DNA from: Cycas panzhihuaensis
Lineage: Eukaryota > Plantae > Cycadophyta
Length of the DNA: 64,000 nt
Assembly: GCA_023213395.1 (NCBI GenBank)
Contig: CM041465.1
Span: 96,169,741-96,233,740 of the forward strand
Reading direction: 5' to 3'
Part shown: positions 39,432-53,294 of the stretch, in pieces
Layout of the letters: every line of letters starts with the position of its first letter
How positions within the stretch are numbered: position 1 is the first letter of the stretch
Program-made: the position numbers and the translations under genes
The notes under the pieces: generated by a model
The model's input: the letters and a program-made list of their open reading frames with translations, nothing else
Database searches by the model: none
What the model was told of the DNA's origin: nothing

Positions 39432-39754
39432 AGGATGGTATCTCTACTTCAAGAGGAAGGACTACCTGTAATCCATAGACCAAAGAGAAAGGTGTCATGC
39501 ATGTGGCTATCTAAATGGATGTATAACAAGCCCATATGGTAGGGTAAAGGGTAAAGCTAGAGGTGTTGCTCTCATTAAAACTTAGTGATAGTTTTCTTTA
39601 AGGTAATGATTAAAGTCTTACTAAAGGATTTAATCTAACCATTCACTTAGGGGTAGTAGGGTGATAATTGTTTATAGGAAATGTGAAATTTATTACATAA
39701 TTCATCCATATCTTTATTACAAAATAGAGTCCCATTATCTATGATTAGTATATC
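39432..39754 (-). pseudogene. Tat-B integrase core, distal part
   Basis: LIIDNGTLFCNK..FHI..PYYP.VNG..MTPFSLVYG..VVLPLEVEIPS. Confidence 0.88.
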
Positions 39755-40129
39755 TAGAGCATATCTTCCAGAAATCAACCTTGTAAATCCAATACAAAAG
39801 GGAGACAAAAGGATAATTATATACCTATTTAGAATAGATCATTGAGAATATATCATATACCAACATAATGAGTACTAAAAGGGAGTACCAAAGTACTTTC
39901 TCTTTAAAAATAATAATAATAATTAATGTCTTATAAGTGATCTTCAACCTTTAAATAGACATAAAGAGATCTCTTTCTTATGATCCTATTGGTAACCTTA
40001 ATGGCCTTACATTTTATTAGGGGGCTTAGTGGCACATGCATAGAGCTTAATAGTTAATGTGAATACTTAGCCATTTGGTGGTTCTCACTTACTAATACTC
40101 ATGAAATAGAGTTGCATTCCAAGTTTCCC

Positions 40130-43100
40130 CCTATAAGATGTTAAGTCTTCACAACATTGGAGATGAGGATATTGTTGGATGAACTTATCAAATTCCCAAG
40201 TTGCTTCATACACATCATATCTGACCCATTGTACTAAATGCTCAGAAATAGTATGATTTTAGAGGTAGCACTAATAGCTAGTGAGGATTCAATCTAATAG
40301 GATGGTGAGGCTTTTCTCATCAATAAGAATGGATAGGGTGGTATGGGATATAACTTTATTACTAAAGTATTTTTTACATAAGAGATGTGAAAGACATTAT
40401 GATATTGGTATCATAGGGAAGCTCAAGGGTGTATGCAACTTCACTAGTTTTTTGAAAGACTTTATAGGGACGGTAATAATGTGGGCTTAATTTATGGCCT
40501 TGATGAGACTTAAGGGATTGTTGTTTATATGATTAGAGGTAGAGGAATACATGATCTCCAATTTCAAAGGATTAATTAAACTAGTTGTGATCAGTGAATT
40601 ACTTTATGTAATTTTGTATAATGGTTAAATTTTACTAAAGGGTATAGAGGATTTGGTCCATCTCTTAGAGCTTTTATTAGACTAAAGTAGTTTAAAAATC
40701 AGTGGCCAAGGTATGATGGGAAAGGGGGTGATACTCATAGAGTGCTAAAAATGGAGGCATACCAATGGTTGAGTGATGATATGAGTTATATCAATATTCT
40801 ATCAAGAAAAGCCAGGAAGTCCACTTAGGTTGGTGTTCTGAGGCGAAATTACATAAGTAGATTTTTAAAGTTTTATTCAAGACTCTAAATTAACCATCTA
40901 TTTAGGGGTGGTAGGTAGGACTCATATTGAAAGAGGTTCCTACTACCTTAAAAAGTTCTTACTAAAAGGAGCTAGTATACTTAGGATCTTGATCATAAAT
41001 GATAGTCGAGAGGAACCTGTAAAGATGAAAGATGAATTGGACATATAAGATGACAAGGCAAGAAGATCATTATAAAGTGTAGACCAAAAGAAAATATAAG
41101 TACTTGGTCAATCAATCAATGACCACCCAAATAGAGTCAAACCTAGTAGATGGAGATAAGCTTATGATAAAATCCATGGTGATATCCTACCACTTACCTT
41201 GTGGAATATGTAAAGGTTGGAGGAGTCCCAAAAGGACTTTGGTCTCCACCTTATTCTATTGACATGTGTCATAGTCTAATATAAAGGTAAAGATAGTAGG
41301 CTTTATGAGGAACTAAAAGAAATATAATGGATGCATTGATATGCTTTATCGAATCCTACGTGGGCCCCAAGGGGAGTGGAGTGGTATTTTATTAAGATTT
41401 AAGATATTAACAATGATGATGAATATACAAAGATATGATTTCAAAAGAGTAGATAGTTACTGTGGGTCGACTAACCTTTATGGGAGAGGATTTTCTCATT
41501 CCGTTGAAAATAGTTAAGTCGGGCCTTATTTTTAGCTTATAATTCATCAAGCCAAATGGGGTGGGGCTTAGATATGGCATGAAGACCAGGGTTAGGGATG
41601 CTAGAATTAGGGTGAAGCACAAAAAGGCATCCATGACCATGTTGTTCTTACCTTTCTTATAGGATATTATAAAGTCAAAGATCTATACGTAGTCAATCCA
41701 CTTAACCTATTCTTCAAATAGAATAGGTCAATCTAATAGATTATAGAGGCTATGGTGATATGTAAGAATAGTAAATTTAGAGTGTAGGTGGTATTATCAC
41801 CATTTATCAATGGCATATCTAATAGCTTTCATTTCCTTCTTATATGTGGAAAGGCAAAGCTCATGATCGTTCAATTTTTTATTCTCAAATGTAATGGGAT
41901 AGGAGTCTTGCATAAGGACCATGCCTTAGTTGAATCCAAAGGTATCACATTCAAGTTGAAAAGGCTAGGTAAAATTAAGAGTGATAAGCACTAGCACGGA
42001 GGTCATTACTACTTTAAGATGGGAGATGGTAATATTAGCTTTCAAAGACTAGTGAAAGGAATATTTGTGAAGTAGATCAGCTAGGGTGTTAGTGAGAGAG
42101 GCATAGTTTCGAATAAAATAATGATAAAACCCTATGAGACCAAGGAATACCCTTAGTTGGGTGATGGTGGCTAGTGTCAGCCAAGTAGGGATGATGAATA
42201 TTTTATCAAGGTCCACCCATATCCCTTCTAAAGATATAATATACCCTAAGTACTATAGGTCTATTTTTCCAAAATCACACTTAGAAAGTTAGACATACAA
42301 TTAATATTGGTGTAAAACTTAAAGAATAAGTTCCAAGTGACGAATATAGTGGTCTAGGTAATGAGGATATCATCAAAGAAGATAATAATGAATGTTCAAA
42401 TGTAGTGGCCAAATATCTTATTCATGAGAGCATGGAAGGTAGCAAGTGTATTATAAAGGTTAAAAGGCATTACTCAAAACTTGAAGTGGTCATGATGAGT
42501 TTGAAATTCTATCTTATAGAAATACTCTATGGAAATCAAGATCTAATAGTAGCCCAATTATAGATCTAGCTTAAAGAAGATGGATGCTCCATGAATTTCA
42601 TCTAATATGTCTTCTATTCATAGAGTAGGGAACTTATTTTTTATGGTAATTTTATTTAGTTCCCTAAGATCTACATAAAGTAGAAGGGGACATATTTTTT
42701 TTCCAACCAAGACTATTGGTATCATCTATGGGCCTTTGCTTAGCTAGATTATACTCATTTCCATGAGTTTGATAGTGAGTTTCTTAATTTCTTTTTCTTG
42801 AAAGTAGGAATTATAGTAAGGTCTCAAGTTGATAGGGTCATGATTAGATTAGAGTTCGATTATGTGATAAAAAACATGGTTATGTGGGGTAATGACAGGT
42901 AGGGGGATGAATACCTAGTTATATTTAGTGAGGATAATATCGATATGTGGGCGAAGTTTTAATTTAACCTTAATATTATTGAGGCAAACTATATACCCAA
43001 GGTTAGATTAAAGGTGTTATTTCATGCACCATGGGGAAATCACTTAGTTTAGAGGGGACTACATCCCATAGATTTTATGTGTCTTACCCATTTGGTCTTT

Positions 43101-43614
43101 AAATAAGATGAATGGGTTTGTGGGCAAGTTGTTTATGCTATAAGTCCCTAAGGTTTGTAGATACTAAATCTCCAATACAATGCCAAACCCTCTAATAGAT
43201 GATGCATAAAAGTCTAAGACTAAAAGGTAGGTGTCAACCTAGACCTATAGGTTCTTAATAATACTAGCATAATAGAGCTTTTGGTACCCTAGTAAGGAGT
43301 AGGTGAAGCCAATCTTTAGGACTATATAAAGATTAAATTGGAAAGCTAAACAAATATTAATAAAATTAAGTGATACACCACCATTAACGAGAATTGATAT
43401 TGGAGTCTTGTAGAGAATACTTTTTACTCATAAGGGTTTGGGGTAAGAAGTGGAGGTGATGGTTGATAAGGAAACTTTGGTATGAATTTCTGGGATGGGT
43501 TCTTCTTGGGTTTTATCATCAGCCTCATGGTTAAAGTTGGAGTCTAAGAATTCTTTGAGGGATAGGGGGGGTCAATTGAAAAGACCATGCATCATGCATT
43601 ACAGATGTTAGATA
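40130..43614 (-). pseudogene. Chromovirus pol: PR, RT, RH, INT, chromodomain
   Basis: Protease ILVNGGVSLNFI, RT FKTHHDHF..MPFNL..FFDD, INT ITMDFI, chromodomain ISEHLVQWVRYDVYEATWE at ~40190-40250. Confidence 0.9.
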
Positions 43615-44112
43615 TGTTGAACACTTTGCAAGTGTTACATAGGTATAAGTGTTACACCCAAGCCCGTTTGTGGGGTCTGGGGGCCCATTGTAGGGCCCTC
43701 AACTAGGGGGTTTGGGGGCCAGCGGCCCCCAAGTGGGGGTTCAAGGGCGAGATCGCCTGATAAAAATTTTTAGGTGTCTTATGTGGGTCTTTTGTTAGCC
43801 CATGGTTTATGCCCATTGTATTGTAAAACTATAATGCAGTATCTTATAATGTTGTATTTATATACTCTTATATAATGACATATGTAATATATAAAGATGA
43901 TAATATAGTTGTGGATAAGTCGAGGAGAAGAGTTGGGGTTCATTCATCTTTGTAATTCTTTAGTTGTTGCTCAAATTAATAAAAGGTATATGCTTAGACC
44001 TAAATCTCCTAGTGTTCTTTATTGAGTGCTTGATTTATTTATGTTATTTATTCTTTTCATGGTTTAGAGTTATGTTATCACATTACTTCTCAGTTATATT
44101 TTCTCTTTAACA
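43615..44112 (+). mobile_element. Solo LTR inserted at the chromovirus gag Zn knuckle
   Basis: TGTTGA...TTAACA termini, flanking direct repeat (A)GATA, GC-rich hairpin block, TATA-like and aataaa motifs. The host frame is interrupted. Confidence 0.75.
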
Positions 44113-45140
44113 GATACAATTGTATTTAGAAGTCTACTTTTCTACACACTATATACAAAATCTGGTCTATTATCAATATTATATGTTTACTTAAGAGATT
44201 TAAACTTGTTTGGTTAATGGGTCTTCTATATATTAATCTATTACTAGGTGAGTTGGTTCTTACCATCTTGGTCTGGGACATAGGAAGTTGGCTTGTGATT
44301 AGGCAACGTCTTCAAATTGAGGTCATGGTCACTAAAAGTCTATTTATTAGGGCTATGAAAACCAAGGGTTTTCTCTTCGAGTGGTTGGAGGTCTACCAGC
44401 TACAAATTTGGTCTTAACTCCTTGAGCCCATTTGAAGGCTTCCTTGAGGGAGTATATGGCCATTGTCTTGAGATGCATTTGGATATAATCCTAGAGTTTG
44501 GCCATATAAATATTGATCATGTTCTATTTTTCCAAGTTTTGACTTTTTAAAGAGTGATTATATAAAGCTTGGGAATTCAGTGGTAAAAGCCTCTATTGTC
44601 ATTATTTGCTTAAGCCATGTAAGTTGAGTGAAGAATAATTAACTCCATGTGTCCTTATATTATTCAAAGAAATAGCTTATAAAGTATAACCATATTTGAT
44701 TGGAGGGGTATTCTTGTTTCCACCAAGTAAACCAATGGTGGGCTCTTCCATCCATATGAATAGAGGCATATAGGAGTTGATATTATTTAAACATTAGATT
44801 AAGTGTGAAGTAAGATTTCAACTTATTGATACAATTATGAGTTCTCTCTTTATTCAAATCCATATTAAAAGTAGGGATATTGATCTTGTGGTGGAAGGGA
44901 AACTACCTTGGTGGGTGACCTCCTTGGGGTGTATTACTTCCTTGAAAGTAAGGTGGAGCATTGCCTAGCATGTTTAATATCCTTATACTTTGGGATTAAG
45001 TTTGCAACATGTGAATGATTATGTCAATAATCTTTATTTTCGTGGGAAGGGTGGAAAAATCTACTTTTAAGGGAAGGCTAGCTATTTATATCTAAATTTC
45101 GTGTTTGAAATTCTCCAAGTCCTTCTCTAGATTAATTCAT
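44113..45140 (-). pseudogene. Chromovirus gag
   Basis: IHMDGRAHHWFTWW (retrotrans gag) and a degenerate C..C.EKW...H.C knuckle next to the solo LTR. Confidence 0.8.
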
Positions 45141-45168
45141 CCTTATGTAAGTGCCATAAAAAATATAG

Positions 45169-46126
45169 AATGGGTTCAAAGGAGTGGAAATAAGTAAAAA
45201 GAAGAGGATATCTATGAAATAGGAAAGAACAAGAGAGAATAGGGTTCAAGAAATGAGGAGATGTTATAAAAGATAGATGGGGAAAAAAAGTAGAGAGGGA
45301 AAAGAGAGGGTACATAGGGTGTCTATAGCCTGTTGAACCCAAAATTTATATAAGAACGACATCTAGTCCACTTAGGTGAGCATGAAGTGCTTATCGAAAT
45401 GGGGTAGATGAGTTTTAAAGGTAAAATTTGAGTTGTGAGGCCCATTGGTGACCCAGGTGCCACTATACCCAAAATTTGACTATAAAAATTGATCTAGTAC
45501 AAAATGATTAGTGTGATGTGCTAATCAAAATAAGATGTATAAATTTTAATGATAATTTTTTTGCCATGGACATTTTATTTTACAATGAATTCAATTTTGC
45601 AAGTTGTTTTTTAATCTAATCAATATTGAAAAGTTATAGTTGTTGCTTTCTAGATCTATACTTGTAGTAACCAAATGGGTTTAAAGGAGTAGGAATAAGT
45701 AAAAAGAAGAGGATATATATGAAATAGGAAAGAACAAGAGAGAATAGGGTTCAAGAAATAAGGAGATATTATAAAAGATAGATGGGGTAAAAAAAGTGGA
45801 GAGGGAAAAGATAGGGTACAAGGGGTGCCTATAGCCTGTTGACCATAAAATTTATATAAGAATGATATCTAGTCCACTTAGACAAGCATGAAGTACTGAT
45901 CAAAATGGGGTAGATGAGTTTTAAATGTTAAATTTGAGCTGCGGGACCCATTAGCGGCCTAGGTGTCGCTATACCCAAAAATTGACTATAGAAACTAACC
46001 TAGTACAAAATAATTAGCGTGATGTACTAATCAAAATAAGATGTATGAATTTTAATAATAATTTTTTTGCCATGGATTTTTTATTTTACAATGAATTAAA
46101 TTTTTTAAGTCATTTTTTAATCTAAT
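45169..46126. repeat. Tandem duplication (~450 bp, two copies, period ~504 bp) in the chromovirus 5' leader
   Basis: 45169-45620 aligns with 45674-46126. Confidence 0.93.
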
Positions 46127-47147
46127 TTCATAGGCTTAATTTTTTTGTTTTTTCTCTAGAGAAGTATATTAGACACTTGATAAAGGAGTGTTTGATTTTA
46201 TAAGCCATGCGATAAATTTCTTTATCGATACTATAACTTATCCCAATATCTCAAGGCACTACCTACATAGGAAAGATTGTCTCCATAAGGTCTACAACTA
46301 TGCAGAGGTGTTCATACAAAGTAACTTTCAAGTGTTAGCTATTAAGTTCTGCACCATAAAGGACAAACAATCAAAGGGTTAGCTATGCTAAGATATAGAA
46401 GGAGCCTATAAGGTCCTCCTATATACCCAAAGGTATGTAGAGGCACAATTTCATAGTCAAGTTCTATCTAAGACTTGGTTCATCAAACTTAACTAAAGTT
46501 CTTTATGTAAGGGTAGAAAATCCACAATATATGTAGCTCCAAATATCATATCATCATGATTTTTATAAACCTTGGCATAGGGTCTATAACTAAATCAAGT
46601 AGCTGCTAAGTAGAGTTATTTACCTAAGGAGTGGAAGGGAGCAAATAAAGATGACTTGAACTAAATTTTAAAAAAATAAAAATCTATAGCAGAAGAGTTA
46701 TGAATATCATTGAGGGGAAAAAAAAAATCCTCTTTTTCCACTCCCAGAACAATTTTGTAGGGTTGCTAAGCTGGGCTCTAATACCACTTAGATTGTATCT
46801 TCCAAAAAATAGCCTTGTAAATCCAATGTAAATGGGAGATAAAAGAACAATTATGCAGTTATTTAGAATAAATCACACACAAACATAATGAGTACCAAAA
46901 GGGGGTACTAAAGCACTTTCTCTTCAAAAATAATAATAATAGTCAATGTCTTATAAGTGATCTTCAACCCTTAAATAGACACAAGGGGGTCTCTTTCTTA
47001 TGATCCTATTAATAGCCTCAATGGCCTTACATCTTATTAGAGGGATTAATAGCCTATACAGAGACCTTAATAGATAATAATAATACTTAGCCCTTTGGTA
47101 GTTCTTACTTACTAATGCTTACAAAAGTGGGGTTATGTTATAATGTC

Positions 47148-48800
47148 AAGAACCCTAAAGTAACAGATAATATACTAAAGGATGAAAGTGGCCATCATTT
47201 CTCTCATAGTTAATGAGAGAGGGATAACTTTTGCCCACTTGGTAAAATACTCTATGGTCATCAAGATAAACTTATATTAAGTTGAGGATGAGGCTATGAT
47301 GGTTCTAATTAGGTCTAGACCCTATTCAAAAAATGGCTAAGGAAAACACTAGTGTATAAAATCTCAAAAGGTTGATGGACAACATTCAAATACTCCTATC
47401 ATTTTCTATACTTCTACACATAGGTGTGAGTATTCTTGAAGAGTGTAGGCTAAGAGAATCCCATGTATAAGATCCTTTGGGCCATTGACTACCCCCTAAA
47501 ATGGCCTTCACATATGTTGTCATGGCACTCAAGGAAAGCATGGCTGGTCTCATTATGATTAATGCATTTGAGAATAATTCCCTCAAATGATTGTTAGTAA
47601 CACATCATGAATAAGGTAATATTATTTAGCAATAACCCTTATACATTATCTAACCTTATTGCTTATATTTTAGGGTAGGTTTGTTGAATGATATAACAAA
47701 TAATGTCACCATACCATTAGTTGTCAATGGCCCTTTGGCCTTCTATCTATTCCAAGATAAAGATGGTCTTGTTAACCAAAGAATCATCAATGGCAGTGTT
47801 AGAATGATTTAGGAGGGGCACAAGTTATTTAGCTATAACCATCCCACTTTTAGACTTCCTATTATTGATCCTAAGGTCATATTCCAATAATAACATAACC
47901 CATTTCCTTATTTAGCCCATTAATTCTAACTTAGTCATGAGGAAACATAGGGGGTTAGATTGAATAATGGCATCCATAGTATTGCTTAAGAGATAGTGTC
48001 TTAGTTTTTTAATAGTAAACACTAAGGATGTGCACTTTTTTAGCAGGAGTATAGTTGATTTCATTAGCCACCAAAGTTTGACTAATAAAATAAATGGCCT
48101 ATTTAATTTTGGCATCATCCTTCTCAACTAATATGGTAGGATGGATTCATTTGTAGAGGGTGTGTATAAGATAAACAACCTATTGAATATTAGAGGAGCT
48201 AGAACAGGGGCTAAAATAAGAGCTTATTTGATCTCTTGAAAAGCAGTCTAGGCTACCAAGGTTTAAATGAATGGGTTCTCCTTCTTTAGGAGATTTATTA
48301 AGGGTTTAGTATTTATGGCAAAGTTCACCAAGCAATGCCATAAGAAATTTAATTGACTAAAGGACTTAATTTACTTTTGGATTGTTGGTGGGGCATCTCT
48401 AGAATTATTTTGACTTTACCAAGATTAACTTGGATCCCCTTTTTAGAGAAAAGAAAGCCTAATAACTTACTAGCCATCATAGTAACGATGCATTTATGTA
48501 GGTTTAGGTTGACTTAAAACTTTATACACCTTAAGAAAATTTTCGGTGATTATTCTTCTTTCATGAGAGGCCCAAAAGGTCATCCATAAACACCTCAAGA
48601 ATTTTATGTATGAGGTCATAGAAAATAAAGTGCATGACCTACTAGTATATTACACTAGTATTTTTTATACCAAAGGTTATTTCCACATAACTTAAAGCCC
48701 CCTAATAGGATGGTGAATGCCATCTTATGATGGTTCTTGGGAAAAAATTAGACTTGGTTGTAACTTGAGAAGCCATCCATTAAGGACATGACCTTGAAAC
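47148..48800 (-). pseudogene. Tat-B RT (partial), RNase H and integrase N-terminus
   Basis: SLVFTIKKLRHYLLSN, FILYTPST, GLDLIRTI..KFILMTIEYFTKWAK. Confidence 0.88.
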
Positions 48801-50982
48801 CCATCGGTCTATCCAATTCACTTCAATCACTCTTAAAACCTACAATGAGATGGTGAGCTCCTTTACCTACAAAAATTTGAGTGGCATGCACTAATTTTAC
48901 AATGTGAAGGATGTGAGAAAAAAACTAATATATTAAGTGAAATATCCAAAATAACTAAATGATTAACAAAATGTAAGGAAAAGGGGACCTTAGAAATGGA
49001 TGATGATCCCTTCTTTTGGAAACTTACCAAGTGGTACTTGGACACTTTTCCTTCTACAAGACACCTAGCACTTAGACATGGGTAAACCAAGTAGAAAAAA
49101 AATAGAAAAATGAGAAAGAAAATAATATAAAAGAGAGAGTATAAAGTAGTGTATCATAGAAATAAAAGAATACTAATTTAAACTTTGGGTTCAAGTGGAA
49201 ACTAAAGTGATGGGGGTATTACCTCATTTTGAATGGTGAAGAGGAAGCCTATAGTAATGTTTCTCGAACTAATGAATGCTCCAACACTAGTAATGAGTAA
49301 CTATGTACTCCAAGATAGAAGTTAAGATGGAGAAGCATCAGAACTCAATAGGTCTAGTGGGATTCTAGTAGCATAATGGCAGCTTAACATAAGTTTTCTT
49401 AACTCCACCTTTCCATTAGAAAATGAGGAGTTTATATAGAAAAGAGAAAGAAGTTAAGACCATGGTTTCAAGCCCATTAGATGGGAGGAAACCATAGACC
49501 AAAACCATGGGTAGTTACCCATGGATTTGGCCCAAAATAAAGGGAATAGTGAATTTTAGATGTGACACCATTAGGCCATCTATGGATTTGGTAGGGCATT
49601 AAATAAGACTTGCATTTAGGTGCCATAAATGAATGACCAAATGTGGGTCTAAAAGAATTTACAAGTGCAAAAATTAGTACCATAAAGTTTAGTATTATGC
49701 TATAAAGAATCTTTATAATACTACAAAGTACTAGTAAGTTTGTCTTTGTTGTATAAAAATCAAATAAGAATTTCGTATATCATTATAGGATATTAAAAAC
49801 AAGGGTAGGACAAGTAAGAAAGATAGCAAGATCAGAAGAAATTTAAGAAAATATAGCCAAAATAGGTGAAAGCAAAGTCAACAAAGCAAAGTGAGATAAA
49901 GAACATACATAAAGTAATAGAAGGATAAATAGTATCTTGCAAAGGTGTTAGACAACCTTTCTTAACTCATTAAGATCAAAGGGATAGTGATATAACCATT
50001 AACCATGGTTAAATTCATTATCAACAAAAGGTATGATCAACTCATCCAACAAATTAATAAGCAAACTCAAACACATGCTCACAAAAAAGCTAATCTAAGC
50101 TACATTAATCTATACTAAGTAGGTTATAAGTATATACCTTCACTTACTTATTGCCATTGGGTCCATGTCATTCCTAGATTATGGAAACCACCTAACCTTA
50201 ATGATAGGCCTGAAAGCCTTGGTTAAGGAAACCATCTTATGATAGTCACCATTCTAAAATGTGCATAACCAAGTGTTCAACTTTAATATTTTACTTTTAG
50301 GGGATATGCTAGATAAAAACTAACAAAAATTAAATCTTTAGGGACCTAGTTAAGTTGTTAAGGGTGTGTAATTAAGGGCAATAAGCTTGGTAGACTCATG
50401 TGAGATGATAAATAATTAATTAAGAGTTAAAAATAATAAAACAGGGCTAGATTAAACTTAGAGAGAATTAGTTAGGGCCTTAATAACTATAATATATTCA
50501 TCTATATTATTAGGGTATTAGGATAAACATTATAGAACTTATGAAAGTATAATTTATTGGTTACAAATGATCCAGGCAATAGTAAATGCCCTAGAGTTTC
50601 TATAGCTACCTCTATCAAAATGGATAATCAATACTATGAGGATGAAATAGTAGCTTAGAGATAGCCTAATGAATGTAGGAATTGGTATTGAAATCAAGCA
50701 ACAGGGATGGATTTTAAATTCACAAGCTCAACATTCATTATTAATATGTTTAGAAGGTGGGCCCTATAGGTGGTTTTATATTATATTAGCTACAAGTCCT
50801 AAGGTTGTTTATTTTATCCTCTTAATGCCAAATAGATCTCAGTCATAATTAAGGCCATAATGGATCTAAACAACTAGATCTAAAGGTCCTAACTAATGCA
50901 CATGACTAGAACCAAATTTTGTATTATAGGTGGAGACAAAGTCAACATGTAACTTGCCCCAAATACCAAGAAGGTGTAATGG

Positions 50983-51124
<142 letters not shown>

Positions 51125-52300
51125 AATTTTTCTATTATTACTTTCTTATTTTCTTGTATTCTTCTCTTTCTAATTTTGGGGAGAATATCACATCACATGG
51201 TGGTTCAGATGAGGGTCATGGTAAACTAATCATCCTTGAACTCACTTTCTAGGTGATGCACCTCATCTAGTCTTATACCAACCTTTATGAGTGAGTTTTT
51301 TATTATCATCATAGAATGTTCATTAAGATAATGTGGGTATAATTATTATATTATTATTACTTATTTTTTATTCTATAAGTGTAGTAATGAGGGATTAACT
51401 TAAGGGCAAATAGTGCTAGTTAGAATGATAGTTTAAGATTTAATGAAGAGAAAGTAGAGTGAGTCCTAAAATCAGATCTAGGGTGGTTGTCATGGCTCAA
51501 TCTGCCATGATATACATCTATGTAAGTGTGAACAGTAGACAATGGAAACACACTAAGAATTTTTAGCCATTTTAACAACCAAATATATACTAATATTGAG
51601 TTTATGGAAGGTTTAGTGAAAGTAATGCATAGCAGAAGAAACACCTAGGGATATATGCAAACCTAAGTTATAAAAATTCTTAATATAAAAATGCAAAAAT
51701 CCCTTCTTCCATCACATGAGTCATATAAAATCATAGCTAACCATAATTAAGTAAGAGTAAACCATTATATACAATGGCTCATAGTATATAGTTAAAAGAT
51801 TTGTATTATGGCAAGGAAGAGAAGTTGGCTAACTAGATTGCAACCAAAGGATTCTCTTCTTTGACAAATTACAATCTTTCATAAGAAAGTTCCCTCATGC
51901 TAGAGCAGATGATATGACTATAAGAATATTAGTTTTTCCCCTCTTCATTTAGTCCTTACCTAAGTTGTCCTATTAACAGTTAGATCAAGGCCATATTTTA
52001 TATAAAATTTTACAATAAAGAAGTTACCTCAAGCTATTTCTAATATATGTGAATATATCATTACTTAAAGCCTCATTAGTCATACAAAAAGTATTTGTCT
52101 CTTCTTAAGCCATGCTTATTCTTCAAAATATACTAGAAATATTGAGTCACTTAGGGACCCCTCCAAAACCAATCTCAAAGAACTACCTCATTATACCTCA
52201 CACCTATGGGGTACAACTAGGACTCAATGGGAGCAACTAACTATGAACCCTTTTAATAAATATCTAGTAGGTAGATTAATTAACTTAATTGCAACGATAG

Positions 52301-53117
52301 GCACCCTTAGATGACCTCGGTGAGGGAGGTGAGGGGTCTCTACTTAGGGGCAGAGTTTACTCCTATAAAAGAAAATAATAATAATAAATAAAAAAAGAAA
52401 AAAAGAAAGTGGCCCCTTTAATGGCAACATCTCAAAAGTAATCTCGTTCGCAGGTATAAAATGACTTGGAATTCAATGGAGGTGATGATGATCAAGATAA
52501 TGCTGAGAACATGGGTGCATGGTGACATCTCAACAGTAATCCCGCTTATAGGTATAAAATGACTTGGAATTCAATGGAGGTGATGATGATCAAGATAATG
52601 CCGAGAACATGGGTGCATCTCATCACTTTCGGCATATTGTGTGCTCGTTAATTGGTTCTATTCAATGTTTTATAGTTAAATAAACAACACAATTCTATTG
52701 TATGTCTGTACCAATTACAGGAGGCACCCTTATATGACCTTAGTGAGGGAGGCGAGGGCTCTCCACTCAGGGGCAAAGTTTACTCCCATAAAAAAAAAAA
52801 AAAAGTGCCCCTTTAATGGCGACATCTCAACAATAATCCCATTCGCATATATATAATGACTTAGAATTCAATGGAGGTGATGATGATCAAGATAATGTCA
52901 AGAACATAGGTGCATGGAGACATCTCAATAGTAATCTCCCTCATAGGTATAAAATAACTTGGAATTCAATGGAGGCGATGATAATCAAGATAATGCCGAG
53001 AACATGGGTGCATCTCATCACTTCCAACACATCATGCACTCATTAATTAGTTCTATTCAATGTTTTATAGTTAAATAAGCAACGCAATTCTGTTGTATAT
53101 CTACACTAATTGCAAGA
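52301..53117 (+). repeat. Two-level tandem repeat: two ~400-420 bp units, each containing two 98-bp subunits
   Basis: Units start ggcaccctta at 52301 and 52723. Subunits atggNNacatctc start at 52421, 52519, 52816 and 52914. Confidence 0.93.
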
Positions 53118-53228
53118 GAATAGATGCCATGAAGATCATGACAATGAGCATCATTCCATTACGATGGGCAATTTTAAGTGAAGCGCGCTCAATCTGCAAG
53201 CTTTGAACTACTACAGGGAGTCTTTCTA

Positions 53229-53294
53229 AAGACAATGGATGGAAACAGTGGAGGCGTGGTGTGGAAAGAAAGAGTGGATAGATGGAAAACTAAA
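53229..53294 (+). pseudogene. Cellulose synthase (CesA)-like gene fragment
   Basis: KTMDGNSGGVVWKERVDRWKTK matches the CesA N-terminal WKERV..WK motif; recalled conifer secondary-wall CesA has KDGNSKGVAWKERVESWKSK. Confidence 0.7.

Larger units (their letters stand above)
39755..47142 (-). mobile_element. Chromovirus (Reina-like) Gypsy LTR retrotransposon, decayed
   Basis: LTRs at 39755-40121 and 46789-47142, TSD atatc/atgtc, iMet PBS reverse complement gctctaatacca at 46775-46786, PPT complement tttccccct, C-terminal chromodomain. Confidence 0.9.
39432..50190 (-). mobile_element. Tat-B: older Tat-clade Gypsy remnant (truncated 5' LTR fused to RT-RH-INT), interrupted by a chromovirus and by Tat-A
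   Basis: RT MSLMDGFSSYNQ (~48790), RH, and integrase IICYFRVLD|ILIIDNG across the chromovirus insertion, ending LPLEVEIPS at the Tat-A LTR. 50190-48810 resembles the start of the Tat-C/D LTRs. Confidence 0.75.
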
